Source: Camelus dromedarius (taxonomy: Eukaryota). Taken from it: a stretch of DNA of 64,000 nt. Below the pieces are notes generated by a model, which saw only the letters and a program-made list of their open reading frames with translations, did not search any database and was not told where the DNA came from. This document shows, in pieces, positions 36,051 to 49,089 of the stretch (the first letter of the stretch is position 1; the number at the start of each line of letters is the position of its first letter). Made by a program: the position numbers and the translations under genes. The stretch is from contig NC_087447.1 of NCBI RefSeq assembly GCF_036321535.1, forward strand, positions 44,146,001-44,210,000, given 5' to 3'.

Positions 36051-38372
36051 CTGAGTATTGACTTTTTAAAGGTTCTTCATACATGCTGTCAAACTGACTC
36101 TCCAGAAAGGTAGTAATCATTTACACTCCCTTTAGTGGCTATGAGTTGCCATTTCTTGACAGTCCTGCTAACCTGAGCTTTATTATTCCTTTCACATGTT
36201 ATTAGCACCAAATGTTGTTTTTATTGAGTGAAAACAGTATTCTCCCCCATGCTTATTAGTTATCCTTTTTTCATGAACTGTGTTAATTTTTAGACAAATC
36301 TTCATTGCTGTTCAACTATTAATTCTTGCTTTTAATAAATATCAACCTATATTATATATTCACGTATATTCACCTAATATATCTGCTTATAAATGTAGTA
36401 TTAACTATTCTTTTTTCCACACCAATTTGAAGTGATAATTTATGATATGCTAACTTCTTATAAACATCTAGCTCTAGTTACAATCAATTCTGTCCCAGAG
36501 ATGTCAATTCCAAGGTTAGTACCACACTATGTTACTGGTATAGTAAGATTCCTATTATTACCCTCCTTTAATAAAAAGGCTTATAGCTATTTTAACTTAC
36601 TTCTACAAAATAAACTATAATCAACTTTGTGAAATACTCTTCCCAACGAAATACTTGATTATATTTTTAAAATAGTTTAACGTGGGGAGATTCAACATCT
36701 CTACAATAATCTCATTCAGAAACACTTTCCATTTATTCAAGGTATTTTTTGAAGGGTGTATGTGATATAGCTGAATTCACTTACTAAATTTAAGTTTCCG
36801 ATTGATTTTTTTTAGGTTGTCCTAATGGTCTGCCATATTACCAGCAAATGCTTTCTCCTTTCCAACTTTCACTTATTTTCCTTCTCTCATTATGTCAAGT
36901 AGTACTTTCAGAGTGCTGAATAATTATAGCCAGAATTTTACTTTTTGCCATTACCCTTAGGATAAAGTCCAAACTTCAAAGGTGGCTTACAAAGTCTTTC
37001 ACAATCTGGCCTTTGAGTATCTCTCTACCTTCACTTCTATGTCCTCCTGCTCCATTCCTTTCCAGTGCCCTATTCCGGTCAGTGAACATCTGTTTCCTGA
37101 TGTCACACCTTCATCCCTCTGTAGCTTTGTACTCCATGTTTTTCCTTTATCATCTCTTCTAATATTCCCACCCTCCACCACATGCAGTCTAATTTCTGCT
37201 CGCTCTTCATTTCGGCTTAGATACCTGCCTTTGAATGCATGCAGTAAAATCCAAATATCTATTAAGTAAGCAAGTTTATTTTTAAAAGGCTGTAAGATGT
37301 TAACTGGCTGTTAGTTCTGCAAAAATTAAATGGCAAGTGTACTCTGAAGAGGTATTATTTGAAAAAAAAAGAGGTATTCTTTGAACCTAAGAATGTTTAA
37401 TTAATAAATAGTATACAGATCTTTTATTTTTTAGAAAGCATGGATTTAGGAGAAAAAAATAAGCATTTTACTTACACCCAAATAGCTAGCTGTTGAGAAA
37501 ATATATAATAAATTAAAATAGCACTCTTATATTTCAACCACCCAAAAGAAAACCACAGCTTATAAAACGGTGAACTATTAGGTCAGAATGCCTAAGATGA
37601 GAATGTCATAATCCATTTTATTAAACATGCAATTGCTCTGAATGACTGAACTATATACATCAAGAATTTCTTAAGTTTGGAATGTTTTTCTTTAAAGAAT
37701 ACTTTAAAAAATACAGATATTGAGAATATGTAGATTAGCAACGACACATCTACCTCCCACCGAAGTTGATAACCCTCTTCCAATTCCAGTCCCCACTCAG
37801 CACCAGGACAGCCACAGATAGTAACAGGGGTGGAGTAATTAGCTTCACTGTGGTCTTCGCCATCGATTCAGAGTCAGTCCTTAGAAGAGTCCTTCTGCAT
37901 TCTCATGAGCTCCTGGTTTCTTGTGACCTTCTTAGAAGGACTGAAAATTTTATTAAATATCAACTCCAAGAGTACTGCTCGGCTCCTCCCTAATATCTAC
38001 TTCATCAATAGATCAGGTGAACATAGGTATGCCACAGGTTCCATTTATGAACTAGGGAAAAACGATGGTCATGGATATTGGAAAAAGACAAACACTTGTA
38101 TGGTGATGTGTTTATCTCTAAACCCTTATGGTTTCATTTGGAGTCTGGAAAAGCCCCTTCAGATTTCTATCCAATAACATATTTGTCTCCAATTTTAATT
38201 CAGTCGTTATCAATTAAAGAATAATCGGACAAACATTTTCTTTCATTTACTATATTCACAGGATTCCTTCCAGGATAAATTCATGGATGTTGAATGAGTT
38301 CTGCACTCTGGTGCAGAACGTAATTAAGAAGAATTAAGGTAATTCTGCATTCTTCCTTTGACCGGACTTCTG

Positions 38373-39244
38373 TCAAGTATGACGTTTTTGGTGTTTAATA
38401 AGATTTGAACTCCTGTTGAAGGTTTTCTTACATTCCCTACATTTGAATGGTTTCTCTCCTGTATGAATCACTTGATGTCGAATAAGTGAGGAGCTACGGG
38501 TGAAGGATTGTCCACAGTTAACACATTCATAGGAATTATCTGCAGAACGGAGTCCTCGATTTTTATTACTGTCTTCAAGCATACTGAAGGCTTTTCCATA
38601 TTTATTGCCTTCGCAGGCCTTTGCTTCAGTGTGAATTTTTTGATGCTTAGTAAGGTTTGTACGTCGGTTGAAGAATCTTCCACATTCACTGCACTTATAG
38701 GGTTTCTCTCCTGTGTGAATGATCTGATGTCGAACAAGGGATGAACTGCGGCTGAAGGCCTTCCCACATTGAAAACACTCATAGGAATTCACCGTGGTAT
38801 GACTTTTCAGGTGCTGAGTGTCTGTACGCAGGCTCAGGGCTTTCCCACATTCATCATATTCTGAATGCTGCTTACCTACTGAGTCTAAATTAAATTCAAA
38901 ATTAGTTTTAAGCTGATCACACTTTGGGGATTCCTTCTTCATAGGAATGCTCTGTGGTGTATCAAAAATTGAGTTAACTGACTTAACATCTAAGCAGTCC
39001 TTATTTTCACCATATTCAAAGTCTCCCTCCTCAGTGCAGACTGTCTTACGGATGAAACCTTCTTGTGGCAAATTTATGTCCCAGTGTTCCTGGTTCCTAT
39101 ACAACCAATCATCATATTTCCAGGCATCTGCAGGAGGATGTCCACTGTCGGTCAGCCCTGCCATAATCACTCCATGAGACAGTTCCTCTCCAGAGACTCT
39201 CTGCTCTGGAACTGGATCCTCCTTTTCTGAAATTATCTTACTGT
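38373..39244 (-). CDS. ZNF215: ZNF215 terminal coding exon with 4 intact and 2 degenerate C2H2 fingers
   Basis: Acceptor ttcatttttAG at 39246-39245, in frame with ORF 38373..39170. Spliced CDS 400+89+133+96+872=1590 nt = 529 aa plus stop. Confidence 0.95.
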
Positions 39245-40584
39245 CTAAAAATGAATTAAAAATTCCATGAACTAGAAGAAGGGAAATTGCTTAATTAGGA
39301 AAGGGATGCTACACCACATAAGGGTGTTTGCATATTTTCTGGGTTTTTAAATACAGAATGGAAATGTGAGGTGAGGTTAGAAAATGAGGATTACAGAAGA
39401 AATAAATGGATAAAAATATTTAAAAGCAGGTTCAAGAGATCATAAAATCTGAGGAGAGCTATTCAGGAATACTAGAAGAATACACGGAACCCGGGTAGAA
39501 TATCAGCATGTGACCTGGGATGCGGCGGCATACCACAGCTCAAGCCGTCACTCGTTCCCGACTAGTCTGTCAAAGTTACACCTAATCTTCCTTTCTGTGG
39601 CATCTTGTCTCTTTTAACCCAAGCTGTTCTAAATAATAAGCCCTTCCAAAACACCAGTTTAATCATATCTTTAGAAATGTGTCTACATTTACAGGTCCGA
39701 TACCTTAACTGGTTAAAAGCAAACTTGCAATCACAGTGCCCCTATTTTCTGTAAAGCAGCCATTATTTCCTGTATTTAACAAAGGCAGAGAGAACTGTAA
39801 TACATGACAGCAGGGAAACCATCATTTTTCTGGCCTCAAAATCACTCCTGATTCTAAAAGTGCTAGGACACTTTTCTGTGTATTTCCTAGAACTCAAAAC
39901 CTTACCTGTTCTGATCAAGGCTGGGTTCTTTTCACCTGTGTTCAGCTTCTCTATTCCTTTAAAGTTTCACTTCCCTTCTCAAAATTCCTTTTTTTTTTAC
40001 TTAGTTTCTGTATAAATACACCCAGTATACTGTATCTTCCAACAAATTTTAAAAATTAAATTGAACTGACTTCTCTCTTTTTCCACATAACCTGAGGTAT
40101 GTCTAATGATTTTACCTTCCACACTTTATTGTAGCCAAATTAATCTTCAGCTTTGCAGATTCACATATATATAATGACCCACTTCTCCCAGTCTCTAGGA
40201 CATCTTCACACAACTGTCCCCACTCTCCTCCACCTCAACAAATGAGAGACTATCATCTTCCACATGAAAGAACTTCCCTCGATGTCATTTTTGAGGACAT
40301 TGCTCTTCTAACACTTTCATGAGAGTTCACAAAGAACAGTGGTCATTCAAGTTCTATCTCTCATACCTCATCTGTCCTTAGGTACTATTATTTTATTTAA
40401 TGAAATGATTTTTACCTCAAAGCAGCTCCCACTGATACACACAGCTTTGTCAAGTAGATAGCAATTCAGCCTTCGTTAGTCTAATTTCTAGGACAAATCA
40501 TCATTTGTCTCTACAATACCCAAGCTGGAAACTAGACTATTAAGTCAGAATCTCCTGAGGTGGAGCCCAGGAACATAATGGGAA

Positions 40585-41370
40585 TATCGATGGCAGTTTT
40601 CCTCCCCAGTGTGTACTGGGTGTGTGGGGCAGACAACCTGCCCCTTTAACTCATATAGGTCTCCAGGGAGAGGGTAACCTCTTCCAAACCTGGACTTAAT
40701 TTAGACGATAAATTCCTGGACTTCAAGCTTGATGCCATAATGAGCTGTCTTAGGAGAAAAGTATTTAACAAGGGGGTAAAATGAAGTTAATTTGTGGCCA
40801 GAGGACAGACTATAGCAGGTCAAAATAGTGGGACATGCTTTGACACTCTCCCCATAGAGAAGTGGAGTTTGCTTTTCTTCCCCTTAAATCTGGGCTGATC
40901 TTGTGTCTGCTTAGCCCACAGAATGTGGTACAAGTGATGCTATGCTGCTTCTGGGTCTAGCCTTTCTTTCTTTATTTTTTGGTATTACCAGGTTTTGCTT
41001 GTTGCCTGTTTTACTCCTAGCCTTTAAAAGACTGACAGCTTCCAATTTCTCTCAGGATGTTCCCTCTCAGAAGCTGGTTGCCATGCAGTGAGAAGTCCAT
41101 GCCTCCAGGAGAGGTCATGAGTAGGTGTTCTGGTCCACAGGACCAGCTATGTTCCCAGGGACAGCCAGCATCATCTTCCAGCTATGGGATGAGTCATCCT
41201 GGCCATGCCATCCCAGTCAAGCTCCTGGAACACTGCATCCTCAGCCAACATCATATGGAGTGTAAGAATCCCTAATTCACCTCACAAAATTGTGAGAATT
41301 AATAAAATAACTGTTTTAAGTCACTAAGTTTTAGGGTAATTTGTTGGAAGTAATTGATGACCAAAACCAT
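40585..41370 (+). mobile_element. MaLR internal 3' end plus MLT1 LTR
   Basis: Internal end ...aatttgtggccagaggacagac followed by an LTR ending tttaagtcactaagttttagggtaatttgtt. Confidence 0.65.
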
Positions 41371-42999
41371 AATTGTTCTAGCAGTATTTATCGAACAGCA
41401 GAATTCCTAGTTGTATTTCCCTAAGTAAATCTTTGTTCCCCTCATATTTGTACAGCTCATTTTTCATGCAACTTCCTTACTCCTATTTTAAAAATCTCTT
41501 TCATGTTTTTTTACTATCTTCAAGTCACTTAGTTCTAATATGTAGAAAAGCTACTAATATTTTAATTTTGTCTGGCCGCCTTACAAAATTCTTAACAGAT
41601 ATAATAATTTTGATACTAAGTCTCTTACATTTTCTAAGTAGAAAGTTATCATACACAAACAGCCTTTTCTCTTTTCTATTAATTAAATTTCTCCTTTGTT
41701 TCATTTATTTTTCTTTCATTAGTTAAGTCTTTCAGGTAAATGTTAATTATGGTAATAGGCATTCTTATCTGTTGATTTTGGTGGTAACACCATTGTTTGC
41801 CTTTACATGTGATATTAACCCATGATTTGTTCTCTTTTTGCTCTAACTAAGTAGATTTCAAATCACTGGCTTATGTCTGACCACAAATTCCAAACTCATA
41901 AACTGTGCTTTATCTTTAAGACTTTGTTCCTGTCTCTAACCTAAAACAAAAATAAACACTTTAAACCTTGGCCTATAATCTTAATTCTAGGCCTCTGTCT
42001 ACATCCCTGCTGGAGGCCAGCCCATGCCAAACCACCTTTGCCTTTCTTTGACCTACCCGACAATTTTCCACAACATCTCGATCACTCCAGTGGCTTATGT
42101 GTTCTTATAGATGAAAATCCATAGGTTTCAACTAGTTAATTAAGCTCTCCATATAAAATTTGGCTTTATATTCTCTATCCAAATTTACCTTATAGTGTCT
42201 CTAATACACTTGGATCATTGGCTCTTAAATCTAGACGTGCATCTGAATCATTTGGTGAGCCTTACAGTTATACGTATGTCTGTGTGCACACATTCCATGT
42301 GCCTAGACCAGCCTTCTCAGGAGCACAGTGATGTCAGAGGAGTCGATTTCTAAGAGAAAGAGTGGAAACTGCAGGTCCTGTTACAGGCTGGAATTGATAC
42401 TATTCCACTTATGCTACATTTTACTGACTAAACAGTTAGTGCCAGCTCAGATTCAAGGGGAGGGGAGACAACATCTACGCCTTGATGGAGGGAGTGACAG
42501 TGTGTGACATCTTTAACCCACCAAAATCCATTAACTGTTTGGGAAAATAAATTACATTTACTAAAGTAAATTCCAGACTGATTAAGGTATATATTTAAAT
42601 GATGAAATAGATGAAGTTAGAATAAAATGAAAAAATATGTTTCTTAGCTTTGAGATGGAAAAATTCTTACATATAAAATTAACAGGTATAAAACAAGGGG
42701 GGGGAGATATCTGATAACATAAAAAAAGTCTGGCAGACATCATGAATAAAATAATAAAAATTTCTTCAGATATATCTCATTTGCCACAAATATGGTCAAT
42801 AGTGAGAATCTTACATAAGTTCTTAATATATTAATTAAAAACCTCTGATAGTTTTAATAGATAAAGGACATAAAACAACCATTTATTGAATCACAAATGA
42901 CCAAAACAATTTTTACCTTTCTCCTAATCCAGTATCTATCCATCTATCTATTTTTTTCCCTTTGGTTCCTATGTAGGTACAAAGGACTGGAGATGCAAA

Positions 43000-43610
43000 G
43001 GTAGGGCAGAAAGAGACTTATGGAATTAAGGCATCTTTGAGATATTCAAGAGAAATGTCATATGTATATGAATTATCAGTTCAGAGAATAAGCCTGAACT
43101 GGGGATACAAATCTGGAAGCCACTATAAATGTGTGCTAACTGAAGTGTAGCTACAGATGTGATAACCTAGGGAAGAAAACACAGAGTAAGAAGAGCAGAC
43201 AAAATGAGATCAAATGCTGAAAAACTGAAATTTATTAGACAGGTATAGAAGGACAAGTCTGCAATAGACAGAGACAGAATAGCCAGAAAGAGAAGAGGAA
43301 AATCAGAAGTGTCACAAGAACCTAGGAGTGTTTTAAGAAGGAGGAGCAGTTAGCAGTGTCACCTACTGTTGAGAAGTCAAGTGAGATAAGGGAAGATAAA
43401 ATGTCCACTGGAGTTAGCTACTATAAGGTCATTAACGACCTTAGCAAGAACTGTTTCAGATTAATATTTGGAGTAAGAACTAAAGAGGAATGGGTGGAGG
43501 AATAAAAGGTGAGGAAATGAGAAAAGCCAAGTATAAAAAACCCAGGCAAGTCTGGCTACAAAGAGGTGAGAAACAGAGTAACAGAAGAGGATATACAGTT
43601 GAGAGAAAAA
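43000..43610. mobile_element. L2 fragment
   Basis: gagaagtcaagtgagataagg...ggtcattaacgaccttagcaagaactgtttc. Confidence 0.65.
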
Positions 43611-44917
43611 AATTTAAAAATTAATAATGAACTGGAAGTGTTAAAAAGTTAATGGAAGGATGAGGCAGAAATGCTGAAAATTTAAGTTAAAAAAGGCAGG
43701 ACGAAATGGGGTCCAGAGGATAATTTGGGAGAGGATCTATCTTACAAAGGAAGAAATGGAGGAAACTGCCTAACAAATGAACAAAGATTTCAGGTAAACA
43801 ACACTCAGTGTTTTCCAGGGTGATAACAGAAGACAGTAAACAGAGTGACAATAATACTAATATTATAAGAGTATGGGTTGGTATAACCTTTCTGTAGACA
43901 ATACAGCCTAATGCAGCAAGACAGTCAATATATTTACACTCTTTGATGCTGAAGTTCCTCTTCTAAGCAGGCATCCTGCGGAAGGCATCAGATAAGCCTG
44001 AAAAACTGACAACAAATGAAATGCCCAACAGCTGGGGTGGGGAATGGTTAAATACACTGTTATACATGTATGTGATGGACTGTCATATGTGAGTCAGAAA
44101 ACACATTTTCATAGACTATTTAATAGGTGCTTGCTCATGATATCATATGAGGGGAGAAGAGCAGAAAATATAATGACATATTACTGATGATCCTGATTTT
44201 GGAAAAAAGAAATCTTTACAAGATACAGGTGCATATCATCCCCAACAAAGAAAACGGCTTAAGAAAAACAAACCACAATGTTAATTCTGCAAAGCCCTGG
44301 GGTGATGGAGTGAGTTATACTCCTCTTCATACTTTTCTATACTCATTAAAATTTATATCAAGCACACAGTAATTTCTAATCTCTTACAAAGAAAATGTTA
44401 AGAATAAGGAGATTATGAGGAAGGTAGGGAGTTAAGGCCCAAGTTAAGGAGTCCTACAGTAAAAGGGAGAAACATGGAAGACTACTGAAGTCGCTCTAGT
44501 ATAAAGCAGTTCTTCGCTTCTCTTTAAAAGGAAGAATATGATTCAATGTTAGGTTGGCTAATGTTTATAAAGCACTTACCAGGTGCTATTCTAAGTGTGC
44601 TACACGTATCATCTCATTTAATCCTCACAGTAAGGTGGAGGGAAACACTGTTACTAAGTCTATGTTACAGATGAGGAAACTAGCAGCAAGCTCACCCCAG
44701 GCCACTCTGCCTGTGTTAGAGTCTGTGTTCCTAACCCACACAGCCTGTCCACATGAGAAAAAAGAATCTGTGAATGAAAAGCAATGACTTTTTTCTTCAA
44801 GGTTTAGCTGGTTTGTTGTCACCTCTCAACTATGAACTCAAAGCCTGGGTTTTATCTGTCTGTGTATTTACCAAACAGAAGCTTCTTACTAATGACTTAG
44901 ATCTGCCCCATTCTTAC

Positions 44918-45013
44918 CCAAAACAGTTGCTCTCGGGATTTCTTGTTCCATTATCCAACTTTTTTCCTTACTCTCCAACTTGGCGATCTCAGCTGGTTTG
45001 GAAAGCAGATGCT
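44918..45013 (-). CDS. ZNF215: ZNF215 coding exon 4 (KRAB-B-like, 96 nt)
   Basis: ccatgaacAG|AG CAT CTG CTT TCC AAA CCA... encodes (E)HLLSKPAEIAKLESKEKSWIMEQEIPRATVL. Donor G|GTAAGA, phase 1 to 1. Confidence 0.9.
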
Positions 45014-45282
45014 CTGTTCATGGGGAAAATAAAAAGAAACAAACAAACATGACATTTCAGGCATTTTTACAGGGAAGAGAATTCCACCCCAACGCAGTAG
45101 TCTAAGAGCTGCTAAAAGATAAGGCCAGAGATCACCATGGACCTGTGTATTTCTAGCATTGCATCAGAAAGGACTTTCAAACCCACACGGCAGGAAAATC
45201 TGCTACTGTGCCCAAAAGTTATTAAGAAACCTGAAGCTAAACCCAGGTGCCCTTAACCACTGCAGCAGTCCTGTAGTTCTCA

Positions 45283-45468
<186 letters not shown>

Positions 45469-46821
45469 CTAAAACATTAAGTTCCTTTTTAATCAAAGGT
45501 CCCAAAAATATTACAGAGGAGAAATGAATTTGGAAAGAACAGGGTAGGTGGCCAGAATATACAAGAAATTGATAGGACAATGTTTGGGGTTCTAAGTGAT
45601 AAAAATCAAGTTACATTAGGGGCCTATCCTCTTGGTACTCCATGAGGGCTGCCAAAAGGAAAATGAAGGGCCATCCTAACTCTAGATTAGCTTACATTTT
45701 AATTAAGGAGGAAAAAAAACAGTTGGAATAACTATGAAACTGTAAAAAATACTATAGAGTACAAGTAATTCACATGAAAGGAGTTTAGATCAGGAAGAGT
45801 TTATTAAGTAGACTTGAAGGAAATCTGTATGAAGACGTAGGCTCTGCTAGCAGAAGAGGTAGCATCTCTTTCTCATGCCTAATCCTTCAGGTCTCAGAGC
45901 CCAGTGTTGTTCTGTCACATCGGCCTTTCCTGATTACCCAACAAAGTAGCCATCCTCCTAATCAGTCTACTGCATTATGTTTATTTTCTCTGTAACAATT
46001 ATTATCTGCAATTATCTTATTTGCATGAGTTTTCCTGTCTACTTCTACTAGAATGTAATCTCCGTAAAGGCAGGCATTTTGTTCTGTTTCCTTAGATTCC
46101 CAGCCCTTGGCAGGCTCTCTGGCACGTTGGCACTGCATAAATACTTGTTTCAAGGGCCCTCAGCCCATCGGTTATTGCACCTCTCTCTCCAGCATCCTCA
46201 ACCTGGTCCTTACTGGCACCTTCAATCACACCGAAATAAACAAATCCTTCCAACACCTCAGAGCCAGGCTTTGTAAGCTGCCTTTGTTTTGCCTACGTCC
46301 TCACCTTTCCCTTCTTCCTCAGTCCTCTGCAATCTGGCTTCTATTCCCATGCATGCTTGTATCTCCATGATGTTAAGTGAACAGACACTACTTAGGCTGT
46401 GTTTTTCTGAATGTTTGAGTTCCCCTAGAAATATGCTCATCCTTTGCCTCAAGGTGATATGGTATTTTCCTGGTTAACCTCTACTACCAGGGTCCTTTCA
46501 TTTCAGTATCCCTTGAAGTTTCTTCTGCTCCTGACTATTAGATGACACTAGTCAGGATTCTGCCCTTGGCTTCCTTCACTTCTAAACATTCCCTGGGCCA
46601 ACCCTATTTTGATAGCTCCAATTATCATCTACAGTCTTGAGAGAACAGATGCACAGAGAACATACAAAGATTAAATATTTTCCAAAAAGTGTGTCGTCAA
46701 CTGAAACAGGTCCAGCATCCTGTGGCAGACTAACAGTCATGTCCTTAGATGGAACTATGTTTGGGAAAAGTTCGAAGGACAAAGGCAGAACATTTCCATC
46801 AAGAGTGGAACCCTAGTTTAC

Positions 46822-46910
46822 CTGGGATGTGCCTGTTAGTGAGTGAGCGTCCATGTTCTCCTTCCTGACGCCCCACTTCTGGAGGAGGGCAGAATCCTTG
46901 CAGGTCATAG
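46822..46910 (-). CDS. ZNF215: ZNF215 coding exon 2 (89-nt pre-KRAB linker exon)
   Basis: catcctcctcAG|CT ATG ACC TGC AAG GAT TCT GCC...TCC CAG|GTAAAC encodes (A)MTCKDSALLQKWGVRKENMDAHSLTGTSQ. Phases 1 to 0 fit the flanking exons. Absent from the ORF track. Confidence 0.9.
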
Positions 46911-47002
46911 CTGAGGAGGATGAAGAAAAACATTAGGGAGACAAGTTTTGCCCCGGGGAAACTTTTAATGATTATAGTAGTGGATTTTTCTTCCCATTAT
47001 TT

Positions 47003-47200
47003 ATTTTTTTTATTGAAGTATAGTCGGTTTACAATGTGTCAATTTCTGGTGTACAGCATGTTTGTCACACATATACATACATTATTCTTTTTCATATTCT
47101 TTTTCATTATAGGTAATTACAAGATATTGAATACAGTTCCCTGTGCTGTACAGTAGAAACTTGTTGTTTATCTATTTTATATTTATATATAGTAGTTAGT
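47003..47200 (-). mobile_element. L1 3' end
   Basis: ttattgaagtatagtcggtttacaatg...ttacaagatattgaatacagttccctgtgct. Confidence 0.8.
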
Positions 47201-49089
47201 AGTTTCAAACATGCTACTCATAGGAATCGTCTTCAGAACTTTGAAAAAATGACGTCGGGCTCCATCAGCAATCAGAGTCTCCAACAGTGGGGTCCTGATC
47301 TTTTATTTTTAAAAAGCTCAAAGTGATTCTGATGTTCTACCGGGGGTCAAGAATTACTGGATCACAGAGAAGAGAGCCAAAATAGCATTTTGAGGCCTCA
47401 TCTGTAGTTACAGCAGATCCAAAAAAATAACTTTAATCTTGTCAAAACGGAAGCCTAACTAAGGCTTAGCCACCACAGGCTGCAATTCCACTGGGAGCTA
47501 AGAATATTTTACCCAACCAAACCCTTCTTCAAAGACACTAGGGATTACTCTACTCGAGGGTTCCTTCCCTCTACCTTGCTCTGTGTATACCACACACAGA
47601 CTTAGGCAGTCTGGTCACCGTGAACTACTGACTCTTTCAGGACATAAAAATCTGAGCAGCAACAAATTTTCTTCAGCCCTTTGGTGAGAAGTAATACCCA
47701 AGGACCGCTTCCTAATGTTTCTCCAAGATTCTTTAAATTACACCACTAATCCTCAAAGGCCAGACTATGGGCTAATACTGGTCTGTGAAGAAGTTTTCAC
47801 TGATTCAGGGTGAAATAAGAAAAAATAGAAACAATGTAGGAGATATTTGAGACCATTTTGTAAAGAAAGTCAAATTTGAAGAAAAAAAACCCCTAAATTT
47901 CTCAGCAACGTGCCACTTGAATGCTGCCACAAGATGACAGTCTGTTAACCTTATTCAGACATATAACTGTGAAACTTCAGTTGGCTTGGTCCTGTAATCC
48001 TTAGGACAGTAAATACCACATTGTTTCTTATTCTTGTCACTCTTGCAAATGTGCAAGACATCTTGAGAAGATGCATAAAACTTCAATCAGCCATCCCTTT
48101 TACTGCTCTCATGGAATATTGTTTCATTCCCTTCATTCTCCTCCCCTGCTGACCTCCTCCTTGAACCTTCAGAATTGTGTTCTCCAAAACTCTCCTGTCA
48201 TTCAAAGAAAAATTCATATACATTCTAAAGCTCTTTACAAAGCATTCTTCCTACTAATCTAAAATGGATCTTGGCCATCATCAAAGCCTCCTCTTCTCAT
48301 CCTCCACAGCTGCGGTCTTGGAAGTTGTCTTGATATATTCATATTTCTCCACTCCCACTTTCTCACAAAGATTTTTCTGCTCTCATAGAATAATGTTTTC
48401 TTAGGGGTTCATGCCATTTAGCTGCAGCCTTCTTGACGTTGCAATACAGTAAGCTATTGCAAATTCACTTACTCAGCCCATATTCACCAAGAAGTTCCTA
48501 CGCAGGAGGCACACAAATGCCCGCCCTCAGAGAGCCTACAGTCTGTTGTGAACGACAGACATCAAATAAGTAATTGTACGAGGTCAATAAAAAACTTCAG
48601 TTACTTAGCTCACATTGTCGCTTTCCACCTCAAACCCTGCATTCTTATGATAGCTTATTTCAACAATCGCATAGGTAACCTTTTCCACAACCCAGCCTGA
48701 AGACCCTTGACAACCTTATTTCTAATAACCATCAGCAATCAAGCAACTTCCTTGTTCACACTTGGGTCCTTATATACTTAGAACTGTTCTGCTCCAAGAA
48801 CAAACTTAAATGATCCTAATGACATTTTCCTATCCTTTCAATTTTCACTTTCTTGTCCTACCTGGTGTAGTCTCCAGCTTTCATCAAGGTTCCACCATTG
48901 TACATTGCTTCTTTAATTTTCTCCCAAGCTATCACCCCTCCTGTGAAGTCACTTTCTTTTCTATGCAGCTTAAACTTCATGGTAAACCACTTCCAGATTT
49001 ACTCTTTTCAGACTTCAGATTCCTGGAACATTGATGTTTTACATCTAACATCCAATCTTAGCTTGATCCAATAATCTTTTACCTTACCT

